Assembly: GCA_951406725.2 (NCBI GenBank)
Contig: OX597822.1
Coordinates: 33,046,001 to 33,110,000 of the forward strand
DNA from: Octopus vulgaris
Lineage: Eukaryota
Length of the DNA stretch: 64,000 nucleotides
Direction: 5' to 3'
In this document: positions 40,250 through 53,695 of the stretch, piece after piece
Position numbering within the stretch: the stretch's first letter is position 1
Layout of the letters: the number at the start of each line of letters is the position of its first letter
Program-made: the position numbers and the translations under genes
The notes under the pieces: model-generated
The model's input: the letters and a program-made list of their open reading frames with translations, nothing else
Database searches by the model: none
What the model was told of the DNA's origin: nothing

Positions 40250-41560
40250 CGACTCATATGTTTGTCTAAGGCATTGCTATATCGGATAGAGATGCCAGAA
40301 ATTTTGTAGACCCATTATGGTATAACACATGTTAATTTCATTGGAAAGGGAATTCGATGAAGGGGAGTTCTCTTCTAAAAGAATAATAGTTTTTATTCAC
40401 TGTACAATATCGTATATCTAATACTTGTAAGACTACCCTGGATGCACTGTTTGCTGAAATGTGTAGAAAGTTTCAAACAATAAGTGATAAATATTTCTTT
40501 GAAGGTAAACATTTATTTTCTTTATTGAATCCCTTTCATTATCGGTTAATTGCCGATTATAAAAATCGGATAAAAACATTGATGTATTGCATAATTGAAT
40601 ATTATTGAATGTTGTCAAAGAAATTGCTTGAAGCAGAAGTTACATATTTGTTTATAACGACAGAGAACGTTTCTGCAGGTCTATATCAAAGCATATTTAT
40701 CCTTGATTGCATATCATAAAGGATTTATCGCCTAATTTATTTAATATATTAATGTGCGACCTGTATTATCATCACATTTTCACATTGTTATTTATATTAA
40801 ATAATATTCTTTAAATATCTATTACCAAAGTATTTCCAAGCGCTAGTCAACAATAGAGTGTGTAATAGAAAGAAATGAATGAGAGAAACTAGTCAATTAC
40901 TAACATTCTTTATGCATTTGGACAGAAACATCTGCGTCAATTTCCATTTAGCAATAAGCAAAGAGATAACTATAAGCTATTCAGTGGTTTGGCCACTTAT
41001 TTTTGGAGAGCTAAACAAATTCATTTGTGATTAAAGCCGATATAGGAAGAATACTAATATGAGCTGGTCAGAATTCAAAGAAAAAAAATGTTTCGTATCT
41101 TTTCTTTGGATCTGTCCTCTGTATTCTAAACAAATGATATTGGATGTTTTAAAGAAGTAAATAACAATAAACAGCATATATTTTTGCAAACATTGTTGTA
41201 AGGCCAATCAATTTGTTTAACATAGTGATGATAAGAAACTTTCTTCAGTAAAGTAGCTGCTAGTATGATTTGATTTTCTTACAGCTGCTGGTTAGAAAAC
41301 ATCGATTCTAATGTGGTAGTGCCAAATTTAATTGTATGTCTCTGGAAAAACAGAGCTACACTTCTTCTTACAAACTCATTACAACTTCCAACAACAGTTG
41401 TCCTTGGCAAAAATCGATTTCATGATTAAAGAATCAAAGAAAATTTGGCATCTACTAAGAAAAGACAACAGACATTTGTCATATTTGAATTCTTGTGATA
41501 GTGTTGGGCTGAGGCCAAATTACTATGTCTTATAGAATTTTCAGTATAGAACCATTGAAG
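40250..41560 (-). pseudogene. Possible fossil hAT (Charlie/Buster-type) transposase
   Basis: Ordered but broken motifs PNTITRI, KFSLIL, NKLIGLTT, GFNHK; many stops and frameshifts. Confidence 0.35.
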
Positions 41561-42537
41561 CTTTTGTTGGTTTTCTTTGTCAACTTCGAAATACAATTAA
41601 ATGTTATTTAAAAGATCAAAATGTATTTATTGTTCAGTAAGTCGTTGATATGGGCTTCCTTTCTAGTTACCCATTAACATCTTGTCATGACTTTATTTCA
41701 TTTATCATATTTGTTGTTATTATTATTGCTGTTGTTGTTGTTCTTCTTATTGTTGTTGTTGTTATTTTGCAGTAATTAAGTTTTCTCACACATATGTTCA
41801 TTGTATATGAGATGTATGAAAAAAAACTAAAGCTGTTTCTTCAAAACTGAAGTGATAAAAATAATGAAGTGCTTCCTTAATTGTGAGGGGGATCAAAGAT
41901 TGCTATGGTACCAACATAAAGCGAGGCGAACATTAAATCCGGTCACTCTTTCTAATGGATGCAATGTTGAATCAAGCAAGAATAAATGAATAAAATATTA
42001 CAGAAGAAAGGGAAATGTTCTTTTGCATTCGGTGATCCATAGATCACAACTTAAGTTAGTAGCATATAACGTTGCTCTGAGACGAGAGAATAGGATCTTC
42101 GGATGTTATTGCGCTTTTAATCTCGTTTGAAATGATGAACATTATCGTGTATTTACGAGCATGACGTGATTTTGTCGGCGAAATCAGATCCGGGAAAAGG
42201 TAAATTATGTATTCTTGCATCGTTTATGAGATCATAGTGAATAGAGGAAGGTTGAAAGGTCTGTCGCGCAATATGATATTAAATGGTTAACAGAAAGCTC
42301 TATAGTTTAAGAACAGAATTTTAATACTTATTACTGGTGCAACGAATAAAAGGGGTAGAGTAAGTCTCTGGTCTGGAGTTTTCCGGGAACACTCACTTCG
42401 TAAATAATGATAAATCAGCCTCAGGTTATGGACTATTTTCTTAGCCTTGATATTTTGGTCTGAAAGCGTCTTACTGTTAATCAAATTACTCCTAGTAAAC
42501 ATATTCTCATGTATATATGAATAATATGTATATATAT

Positions 42538-42820
42538 ATATTCTGTTGTGTCTGGAGAGAGTCATATTCGTTTTGTGCCTTATTATGTAACACACTCACC
42601 GGTAAAATTTCCACGTTTTTCTCATTTTTATTGTCCTAGAACTTTCGTTGCGTCTTGCAACCTTTTCCATAGTTTTGAGTCAAAACTATGGAAAAGGTTG
42701 TAAGACGCAACGAAAATTTTACGACAATAAAAATAAGAAAAAAGTGGAAATTTTACCAGTGAGTGTGTTATATTATAAGGCACAAAAAGAAAATGACTTT
42801 CTCCAGATACAACAGAATAT
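42538..42820. mobile_element. Palindromic MITE (~140-bp arms)
   Basis: tattctgttgtgtctggag...ctccagatacaacagaata; centre ~42679; TA flanks. Confidence 0.85.
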
Positions 42821-43005
42821 GCTTCAACAGACGAACTTATATAAAGAATCTTGCAAACCAAATCCCAAAACGAAATATATATATATTAATATTTCTAAAT
42901 TTCTCTAAAGGAGACTACGGCAGCAGTACTGGATATTGATAGCTATCACCAAGCTAGCATTTGTCCTATTTTTCTGGACTGCCATGTTAGCTTGGCGATA
43001 ACTAT

Positions 43006-43082
<77 letters not shown>

Positions 43083-43239
43083 CACACATATATATACCTG
43101 TATGAAGTATGTATGCATACATGCATGTATTTATGTATGTATGCATAAAATATACTTTCCAGAGGCTCTGAGAGTTGAGACTTTCTTTTAGGAAAGGCAA
43201 TTTTAATTATCCTAGTTTATTGTATTTTAGTATGTTATT

Positions 43240-43930
43240 GATTTCAAATTTTCGCACAAGCCCAGGATGTTCGGAGAAGGGAATTAGTCAATTACATCGA
43301 CCCCAGGGCTCAACTAGTAACTATTTTATCGATCTCGGAGGATGAAACGCACAGTCGATCTCGCCGGATTTTAGTATATTATTACAGTTCATCTAAGACA
43401 GTGAGTTGACGAAATTGTTAGCATCCCGGGTAAAATGCTTAGCGGCATTTTGTCCGTCATTATGCTCTTTGTTCAAATAACACCGAGGTCGACTTTGCCT
43501 TTCAGTCTTTCGGGGTCGATAAAGTAAGTACCTGTTGAGCACTGGTGGAAGGCGAGGGAGTCAATCTAACTGACTTACTCCTCGGCCGAAATTGCTGGCC
43601 TTGTGCCAAAGTTTGAAACCATTATTGGCTGTGTAGTAAGAAGTTTGCTTCTCAACCACATGGTTCCGTGTTCAGTCCCACTGCGTGGCACACTGAGAAA
43701 ATGTCTTCTACTGCAGCCTCGGGCCGAGCCACGTGAGTGGATTTGGCAGACGGAAACTGAATGAAGCCCATCATATATATATATATATATATATATGTAT
43801 TATGTGTGCATGTATGTATGTGTGTGTGAATTTGTGTGTGTGTGTGTTTATTGGGGTTGATTTGTTTGACTAAAGTCGGTGCTCCAGCATGGCCATAGTC
43901 AAATATCTGAAACAAATAAAAGAAAAAAGA
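43240..43930. mobile_element. SINE cluster: Meta-SINE (-), Meta-SINE (+), CORE-SINE (+)
   Basis: Diagnostic domains at 43240-43372, 43395-43622 and 43626-43930. Confidence 0.75.
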
Positions 43931-44658
43931 ATTCAATTAATAAGCTGTCACTTTTGTCATTCCAGATTCAAAGAGACGGCTGTGCCAGCACTCTGAGAGC
44001 ACCCTACTAAATACTGCTTATTACAGATGACTAGTTAACAGAATGTAGCTGAGAGGTTAAGACAATTTTGAAACTCGTTTTAAACTGAGAGACAGCGCTA
44101 CAGTAACTAATGAAATCATCCGCATTGCCTATTGATTTATTCGGAGAGTGTTCAGGAAGAAAAAATGGTAGAATAAGAGTAGAAACAGAAAGCAGAACAT
44201 GGCGGGAATTTTGCGGAGGTGAAACCCAGGGTGTCACCGACGACAGTGGGATTGAAGAAGTGTAAAGGAATGGAAGAGGAGACCCAGCCCACGACGACAA
44301 ATGGACACAATTTACCAATAGAAGTAGCAGTAAATGAATTACAAGTACAGAATCATTCAGACCAGAAACAGGACAACCATAATTACGGAAACCTAAAGAG
44401 AGAGACACACAGACGAAACAGGTAGAGTTGCAGTCAAAAGAACAACACAGACACATAGACGCAACCACATGAAAAACACAAACAAAAGGAAAATTATAGT
44501 GAGATAGGACACCCCAACGTAAAGATTGCAAAATTGAAAGACATTGTGAGAGACAGAATAGGTAAGTCGATATAAATTTGTAAAGACTGTAACTGAGTGA
44601 AATATTTGTTTGAACTTTTTATAGAAAAAAAAAGAAAAATAAGTAAATTTTGCAACTG

Positions 44659-46480
44659 ATTTATTTATTACCAACAAGGGGCTAAAATATAGATGGGACA
44701 ATACACACATGCGGGGACCATCAACACATGAAAGAATGGAATAGTGAAATTATACAATGAAGAAGGAACGGCCACCCCAGCCCCGCTCCGGGGTTTTTAC
44801 TTTATTTCAATTATTTCAAAACTTCAAAATTTCTTTTCACAATTATTTCAACATTTTTAAAAACATCTTTTCACAATTATCTCAGCAGTCTTTTCAAAAT
44901 TATTTAAACATCAAAAGTTCTTTTCACAATTAACTCAACAGTTCTTTACAACATAAAACTCTACTTACCATTTTATATAGTTCTTAATTTTCCCATAGTT
45001 CACCACTGGAGCGCTGGGTTCGAAATTCACCTCGGTCCCCAGTGGCTTTATATCTGATGGGAAAGCCTCTTTTAATTTTCTATAATTATCTTTATCTATT
45101 AAAATCCAGCTCGTCTCCTTACCATAACACTCCGAGAGGTCTACTTTAACAATGTCTTATATTTATTTTCCTTTCTATTTTTTTGTGTCGACCGATATTT
45201 TATCAAATATATTCTGTTCCTGTGTAGCTCTTGCGTCTGTACATCTATTCTTTTTTGATTTTGTGACTCTGTACTATCATGTGTCTGTTCTTGCATATTT
45301 ATTTGTAGCTGTATGTATGTGTGTTTATTTGTATGTAGATCTGCATATTATGTCTGTGTGTCTGTGCTTTCAGGTTATTTGTTTTTTTGGTTTTTGCAAC
45401 TCTATCTTATCTTTCACGTTTCCGTGTGTATGTATGTCTGTGTGTTTATGCGCCTGTGAATCCGTCTGTTTGGTGATGTTCTGCTTTAATCTTCTTTCCT
45501 CGGTGATCCCACTAGATCCTGTGATTTATATTTCTTTCCTTGTTCAAATTTCGGCGATGAGCCCCTCCTTTCTCGCTTCCTTGACTTAGCTTCCTCAAAA
45601 TCAGCTCTCCGGTCCAGTTGCTTTGTCTGTTTCTTCTCCTCTATCACGCCTTCTAACGTTTTCATTTCTGTTTTCCATTATTTCTGGACACCTTCTAAGG
45701 CTACCTCTTTTGCCTCATTCATAGCACTTTGCAGGACCCCCTTCCAACATTGTACCCCGCTTTTCCTCGATTGGCAGTTCCAATGTCTCCAGTATAGTAT
45801 CGTATATTGTCTGACTTGCCGTGAAAACCACCTCCAAACCATACCCCCAACAATTTATTTGTTGGGTTCTGGTTATTATAACTGCCCCTACTTCTTCCTT
45901 TTTTCCAGAAAAAAATACTGCCATTACTCATTCCAGCTCTATTTTCCGTGTGGACGTCTACCCAGGAGATTGGGAAAGATCATCCGATTTCCACCAGTTA
46001 ACGTCTCATTGGCGTATTTCCTTGCAGCCTCTTCCGATACAAATGTGATCTCTACAGACGCGTATGTCTTGCCTCTTGCGAAAAACGACACATCTTTCAT
46101 TTCCTTCAAACACTCCTACACATCCTCCTTCGTTGCACTCTCTATTCTTTATTTGAAAACGATTTATATTCCACCACCGTAATTTCTATTTTCGCCTTTT
46201 CCTCCTCTGATGGGGTTGACTCACGTAATTTCTGTACCATCTCTAGATATTTTCCAAACTTCTTAGCCATGTCTTCATTTCAGTGCATTTCGTATTGCTT
46301 CAGCAGGTCCGGGACGACGGAAGCCAGACTCCCTGTCGCTGTCGCACATGTCTTCATCTTCTCCATCTCAGCAACGCTCACCAAACAATGGTGGCGTCAT
46401 ACACAAACACCGCTGTAAAGCAGCACAAAACAATTCAACCGACAAAAAAAAAAGAACGCACCGAATCAAAAACACGTCGG
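44659..46480 (-). mobile_element. ORF1-only non-LTR element (Tx1/L1-like ORF1; HAL1-like), decayed
   Basis: ECLKEMKDVSFFARGKTYASVEITF...TRTQQINCWGYGLEV...PAKCYE, then low complexity and a 3' tail with aataaa; no ORF2 seen. Confidence 0.6.
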
Positions 46481-46689
46481 TAAGTCGTTATGTAAAATGT
46501 AAAGGTTTAAAGGGAAAAGAATCCGCGGATTCATCTCGCAGCGGGAGCGAGATGGCCCCCTCATTTGCATTGTAATTTTATTAATTTCACATTCATCCTT
46601 TCACGTATTTTTTGTTCCCGCATGTCTTTGTATGCCCTCTCTGTAATTAGGCCTTATGCCTGTAATATAGAATTAAGCTACCAAGCCAT

Positions 46690-48400
46690 CCTTTTTAGTC
46701 TACGACACGGTGTTGTTTTCAGCTATTACCTGCAGTATGTGAGTTCGTTTCCTGTTCTGTTATTGTGAATTTTTGTATAATTTCTGCAAATTATTTACTG
46801 AATTGTAAATTTGTGAAGACAATTTCTGACAATTTTTATATTACCCAACGAAGCTAGGCACACTTAACCAGCCGTTAGCTATGCTACAGCAGCAGGAAGG
46901 TGTGCAAATAGCGACGTTGTACAAGACAAGGAAATCAGGTTTGACGAAAGAAGACTTTGAAAAGCTAATGAGCTAATTGTTAAAGAAGGAAACAGCCTGA
47001 GACTGACCCCTCCAAAAGAAACATTGGAAGAAATAGCGAAAAAAAAACGGTTGTTTATAGAACACTGTCGAGCAGCAGCAAAAAGATTGAATTAGCAAGC
47101 ATTGAAGAAACTGAGGAGTGCCTCAAGGAGGTGAAGCACCTTACCACGTACTACACCAGAGACAAGAAGTACGGTACAGTGGAGGTACGGTTTACGACAG
47201 AAGACGCAATAAATTGCTCCACTGTGCCATTAAGATGGGATGAGTGGGCACTGCTGCCGACCTATTGTGAAAAACGTACGGCCAGAATTAGGATTAGCAG
47301 AGTGCTCCCAGAAATTGATGAAACGTGGCTAGTGGCGGCAATCATCTTCAACGCCGAGGAGGAAACCAATGTCTTGAAGGTCACGAGGACAACGGAAGTG
47401 AACTGGTTTGGATACGGCCTTGCGGTGACCGTCCAAATCAGCGTCCCGGATCTGCAAAAAAGTGTGGATGAGATTGTGTTACCATTGTGTTACCGGAGGA
47501 CAAATGCTACCACTGTGGAGCACGGGGTCACATGTAAGCGAGGTATCCCCAAAAACAAGAAGTGGAACAGGGGGTAGACCAGGAGCAGGAGGAGCAAGGT
47601 GTGGCGGCGCAAGGCCAGGTAAAGGAAGTAATGGAAGCAACAGAAGCGAAACATCCAATCGGAAAGAGAAAGAAAAAGAGGGAGGAAATGCATTATTGTC
47701 TCCAAAAAGCCCACAGAAAAAAGAGAAAATGCAATTCGGGAGATGCAGATAGAAGATGCAGAAGAATCAAAAAAGATAATTGCAGAAGAGGGAGCAAACG
47801 AAAAAGAAAGCATGCAGAAAGGAAAGGATGCAACAATGTGGAGCGGCAGTAAGATGGACACACAAGTACCAGGAACATCGGGAGAGAGTGGAAATGGAAA
47901 TTGGAAAGAGGAAGCGAAAAGAAGAAATTTGAGGAGAATGGTGGAATACATAAAGAGTATAGAAACAGACAAATGTTATAAGAGTTAAGATAACAGGAAG
48001 TGAATATACAGAGCACGATAGAGCAGTTTTGCTGGAAAGTGATAGAACGGATAAATTGAAAGAATTGTTCGGTGAGCGGATTGATGAAACGGCGTTGTGG
48101 TCTAGATGTGACGAGTTGCCACCAGTGATGGCATTCGAAGACATTGTGCAATACTTTGTCGATGAAAATCGTAAGTAAAATATGTATAATTGAAATGTGT
48201 TTTAAAAAAATAGAACCATAAAGTGCATACGAACATGAACTGCATAAACTGTTAAATGGGGCGCAAATAAGACATTTCCGTTTTCTCATTATATCACTAT
48301 ATTCATATTTATTCGATTTTTGTTTTATGTACCCCACTGTATTGTGTTGTCTGTCTTTCTTCGTCGCTTCTTTCTCAGAGCTATATGCTTATAATAAAGA
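46690..48400 (+). mobile_element. ORF1-only non-LTR element (paralogue of 44659-46480), decayed
   Basis: ECLKEVKHLTTYYTRDKKYGTVEVRF...TRTTEVNWFGYGLAV, zinc knuckle CYHCGARGH in a shifted frame, acidic/basic tail, aataaa at 48393. Confidence 0.65.
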
Positions 48401-48425
48401 ATTCAGCTAGCAACGCCAAGCTACT

Positions 48426-48466
48426 CCAGACTGATGAAGAGCAACTACCCTGAAACAAGTCTCTGG
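48426..48466 (+). ncRNA. Type-I hammerhead ribozyme
   Basis: ccaga CTGATGA ag-[10]-ct GAAA C-AA-G TC tctgg. Stem I extends via agctagcaac/gttgctggct. Confidence 0.7.
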
Positions 48467-48606
48467 TTGCTGGCTTTATTGGGTGGAAGTGCTGATTTCC
48501 CCCGTTTGAAAACTTAAGGACACAGAAGGCTTGTTTCTTGGAGTTAAATAGCAGTAGCATTCTCCCCTTTCCTGGGCCTGCCACACTAAGCTGACAACAA
48601 ACCATC

Positions 48607-48673
<67 letters not shown>

Positions 48674-48771
48674 AACGGGAAGGTTTACGAAAATAAACAA
48701 AAGACGAAGGCAGGTGGAGTACAAACAAACAATTGTATTAGTATGGCACTCAGGATTAGAAATAAAACAAG

Positions 48772-48809
48772 TCTTTTACGTTTCGAGCCTACGCTCTTCT
48801 ACAGAAAGA
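48772..48809 (-). ncRNA. Variant minimal hammerhead-like motif in (TA)n-flanked pLTR remnant 48673-48833
   Basis: tcttt CTGTAGAA gagc-gtag-gctc GAAA CG TA aaaga. Confidence 0.55.
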
Positions 48810-48831
48810 TACACAGAAAAGAAGCAAGGAG

Positions 48832-48937
<106 letters not shown>

Positions 48938-48944
48938 GCGAGTG

Positions 48945-49392
48945 TTTGGCTGTGTGGTATGGAGCTTGCTTCCCAACCAAATAGTTGCGGGTTCAGTCCC
49001 ACTGCATGACACTTTGGGTAAGTGTCTTCTACTATAGTCTCGAGCCGACCAAAGCCTTGTGAGTGGATTTGGTAGACAGATGATGAACGAAGCCTGCACT
49101 CTATTTATGCGTATGTGTGTGTGTGTCTTTTTGGGCCTTTGTGTGTGCATGCGTGAGTGTATGTGAGAGACAGTGTCTTTGTGCCTGTCTGTTCTCCACC
49201 ACCGTTTGACCTTCGTGTGTTGGTGTGTTTATGCCTCAGTAACAAAGCTGTTCGGCAGAATAACCCATTACAATACGTACCAGGCATAAGAAATATCAAG
49301 AATTGGAGCCGATTTGTTCGACTAAAATTCTTTAATGCGCTACCCCATCATGGCTGCGATCTAATGACCGAGAAAAGTAAAGGATAAAAGAG
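48945..49392 (+). mobile_element. CORE-type SINE (diverged)
   Basis: Homologous to 18505. Confidence 0.8.
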
Positions 49393-49507
49393 ACGCATAT
49401 CAAAATTATTTACGAGGTCTATAGAGTTTTGTTTAATTTAACTTCCAAAATTCGTATTTTGAAAGATAAGCTGGTTCGAAGAGAATGAAATTGAATCTGT
49501 ATAAGAA

Positions 49508-50234
49508 TCTTTTCTACTCTAAGCATAAGTCCCGAAATTTTGGGAGAGTGTGGGCCAGTCGATTATATCGACCCCGGTAGTAAATGGTACTTAATTTCTC
49601 GACTATGAAAGAATGAAACACAAAGTCGACTTCGGCGGAATTTCAACTCAGAACGTAAATACAGAAGAAATAGCTATTTCCTTACTACCCTCAAGGGACT
49701 AAACACAGAGAGGACAAACTGATTAAGTCGATTATGTCGAACCCAGAGATTAAATCGACCCCGAAAAGATGAAAGACAAAGTCGACCTCGGCGCAATTTC
49801 AAATCAGAACGTAGCGGCAGACGAAATACCTATTTCTTTACTACCCACAAGGGGTTAAACACAGAGAGGACAAACGAAGGACAGACAAACTGATTAAGTC
49901 GATTATGTCGAACCAAGAGATTAAATCGACCCCGAAAGGATGAAAGACAAAGTCGACCTCGGCGCAATTTGAAATCAGAACGTAGCGGCAGACGAAATAC
50001 CTATTTCTTTACTACTCACAAGGGGTTAAACACAGAGAGGACAAACAAGGACAGACAAACTGATTAAGTCCATTATATCGACCCCAGTGCGTAACTGGCA
50101 CTTTTTTAATCGACCCCGAAAGGATGAAAGACAAAGTCGACCTCGGTGGAATTTGAACTCGGAACGTAGCGGCAGAGGAAATACTACTAAGCATTTCGCC
50201 CGGCGTGCTAACAATTCTACCAGCTCGCCGCCTT
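49508..50234 (-). mobile_element. Meta-domain-type SINE tandem tetramer
   Basis: One head, repeated units joined at aaagaaata|ggtatttc, final unit with tail B. Confidence 0.88.
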
Positions 50235-50530
50235 GAAACCGCATAAGAATAAAACAAGAAAACCGACGTTCGAAATATTCGTCTAAGATTAAAAATTCAT
50301 ATAACAAGAGATTGTGGTTATAGCTATGATGTACCTTTGGAATAAAATAAAATAAATTTCTCGCTTAATGCTTAGCAAAATTGTTTCTCATATCACCAAA
50401 TTTTTTAAATGTTCAAATGGAATAAAGAATCTTCAGGAAAATTTTCTTTTCAACGTCTATTGGCATTTCTGCTCAAACATACACTATATATAAATGTGTG
50501 TGTGTATGTGTGCGCGCGCGTGTGTGTTAG

Positions 50531-50603
<73 letters not shown>

Positions 50604-50756
50604 TCACATAGACACTCACACACGCACACATAAGTATATATATATATGTGTGTGTAATATTTTGCCATTAAGAAATACATAATGCAAAATCAAAACACCA
50701 CGTGTGTGTATGTGTGTGTGTGTGTATGTGTGTATTATATATATAATATATATAAT

Positions 50757-50806
<50 letters not shown>

Positions 50807-51597
50807 GCTATTTCATACTTACAAAGAAGTACAGTAATATATGTAACAGGAAATGCAGAAAAATAATGTCACCTATGAGAAGAAAGAAATGTGGGATGCG
50901 AGAAATGTCAAATGCATTACGATCAAAGAAATTCTCAGTGATTTCTAAAAATATTGTCGTAGCTGTAGATGGAAACGGTAAAAATGCTATACCAAAATTT
51001 CAAAATCAAACAACAAAGCGCCGTTTTATGTTACGCCTAAACCACGTAGCACCACCACCACCACCACAACCATCACCACTAATAACATCTAAAAAGCAAT
51101 CCCTATTTTTCTTTTAAGCATGGTAGCGCTAATATATTCACAAAGAACACGCGCAAACCTTGAAGCATTAAGCAAAATGAGACCATCCATTTTTCTTGTT
51201 TTATTTTTCAGTGTTGTTGCTACTGTTGTGAATGTATTTTAATTCCGCATCAGCTCTCGTATGGAGCAAACTTTACGATTAGGGGCCGTCTAAATATGTC
51301 AAACCCATCTTTCCTTTTCAGTCGGCATGTCTTAGATTACATTATTCAATATATTTTCTCTTTTTTCAATGAAGGGAACGGCTGATTGTTGAGAGATTTC
51401 TGCCAGATTTCGTCACTTTTGGCTAATTTCCACAAAGCGCTTTAAATATTAGTTGTGATTTATATGTCTGTGTAAAAGTCCTTTCAAATTAATTTAAATA
51501 ATATATATTAAAATTTACTTGGTTTAAGGCTAAATTTAGTAACTAGTTGATAATCTACTCGAATGTATAATACCTGATAATATAAATTGGTGAAGAT

Positions 51598-51800
51598 AAG
51601 GTGGCGAGCTGCCAGAATCGAATGCTTAGCGGCATTTCGCCCGTATTTATGTTCCGAGTTCAAATTCCGCTGAGGTCGATTTCGCCTTTCATACCGTTGG
51701 GGGTCGGTAAATGAGTACCAGTCAAGTACTGGGGTCGATAGGATCGACTATCCCCTGCCCTACAGATTCCAGGCTTAGTACCTCTAGTAGAAAGGACAAT
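51598..51800 (+). mobile_element. Meta-domain-type SINE (tail B)
   Basis: Head and domain recognisable. Confidence 0.8.
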
Positions 51801-51845
51801 AAATTGGTATTCAGAATTTTACCAGAAGATATAATATTTATATAA

Positions 51846-51885
<40 letters not shown>

Positions 51886-51943
51886 AATAGTAAAGAGTGA
51901 ACAAACGACAGAAGGCTTAAATGTTAATATATATATATATATA

Positions 51944-52574
51944 TGCGTCAATATGTCTGAAGAATATTAGAAAAATTTTTTTTTTTTTTCCTTTATAATG
52001 GCATAATTAAAAGAAAGACCGGTTTCGCGTGTAGCTTTTCAAATTTCTTGTGACGTTATGTTTATGTTGAATAGAGTTATTGTTGTGTTTATGTTCCGGA
52101 GAGTTCTAAATAAGGGGAGGTAGTGGGTGATTTCTTCCGGTGTAAGGGAGATAATCGCTTAAAGATTTTTTTTCCTTTCCCTTAATGTGAATTTCTCTGT
52201 ATCAGTATGTTCGGATGGTTGAGTCTGGGCTTGTACTTTTCAATGAAGAATGTTTCCTTGTTTAGTCTAATTTGTGTTGATGATCCGAAAGCACATTGGT
52301 AAAATGGAAAGATTAAAAATTGTAGTAGTAGTTGCTTTGCGCATTTCTCAATGTGCCCACTAAAAGGTATCATTCTATATTCTGGGAATGCAATCTGTTG
52401 TCGATGCAGTGTGCATCTACGTCAGAAATTCAAGATCAAATCTAACTTTACTTGTGCCTCTGAAAACATAATTTATGTCATAAAATGCTCGGGCTGCCAC
52501 CAAGACTACTTGGGTTCCACGGGACTATCTATCACTCAGACGTAGATGCACACTGCATCGACAACAGATTGCAT
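51944..52574 (-). mobile_element. Second copy of the 4019-4950 PLE with 5' inversion
   Basis: 51944-52423 minus and 52423-52574 plus both match the GIY-YIG region of 4363-4945. Confidence 0.9.
52011..52049 (-). ncRNA. U3-A8 hammerhead-like motif (second copy)
   Basis: aagaaa-t TTGAAAA gc-tacac-gc GAAA CCG GTC tttctt. Confidence 0.6.
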
Positions 52575-52624
52575 ACCAACAACCGCGATACTGCTAATCT
52601 CAGCAGGTATTTTCCTCAGTTTAG

Positions 52625-53017
52625 CGTGGCCACGTGGTAAGAAGATTGTTTCCCAACAACATGATTCCGGTATCAGTTCCACTGCGTGGCACATTGGGCG
52701 AGGGTCTTCTACTACAGCCTCGGGCCGACCAAAGACGTGTAGACGGAAACTGGGAGAAGCTTGTCATGTGTGTGTATGTGTGTGTGTGTGTCTGTGTATC
52801 TTTTGTGTCTGTGTTTGTCCCCTATCACCGCTTGACAACCAGTGTTGGTGTGTTTATGTCCCTGTTTACTCAGCAGTTCGGCGAAAGATACGGAGAGAAT
52901 AATTATAATACTTAAAATAATAATTCCTGGGGTAGGTTTGTTCGACTAAAACTCATCAAAGCAGCGCTCCAGCATGGCCGCAATCAGATGACTGAAACAA
53001 GCAGAAAGAATAAAAGA

Positions 53018-53018
<1 letters not shown>
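52625..53018 (+). mobile_element. CORE-type SINE
   Basis: Homologous to 18505. Confidence 0.8.
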
Positions 53019-53050
<32 letters not shown>

Positions 53051-53331
53051 TGTATGTATGTATGTATGTATGTATGTATGTATGTACAAATGCATGTATG
53101 TATCCCGTTGGACTCTGCAGTCTATCAGAGTTACCATTCAAGAATCTAGAATGAAGAGGTCAATGTCCGATAATTTTAATTTCTCACAGAGGCTGAAATT
53201 ATAATTACAGCTTATTTTCACTGCCTTCTTTTCGTTAGTTGTACGTATCTGTGTGTGCGCGCGTGTGTGAGAGAGAGGAAGTGTGTGCGTATGTTCGTGC
53301 ACAAGTATGTATGTGCGTGTGTGTATGTATG

Positions 53332-53369
<38 letters not shown>

Positions 53370-53661
53370 GCTCGAGAAATGATTTTTTTAGATAAATTAC
53401 TCCCGATTGCCATTACAAGACTTGATGAGGCAATGTCGATAAAATCGATCGCACAGACAGGCAATAGTGTAAACATGTTGGAATTTAGGTTTGTAAATAT
53501 ATGTGGCATCGTAAACTTTCTCATACGAAGCTACATCAACGCAGACAATTTACGATTTGAAAATCATAAAACATCTATTCATACATATATATAAATAGTT
53601 AAATATACACGCATACATATACACACACTCATACACACATATACACACATGTGTAAGTATG

Positions 53662-53695
<34 letters not shown>

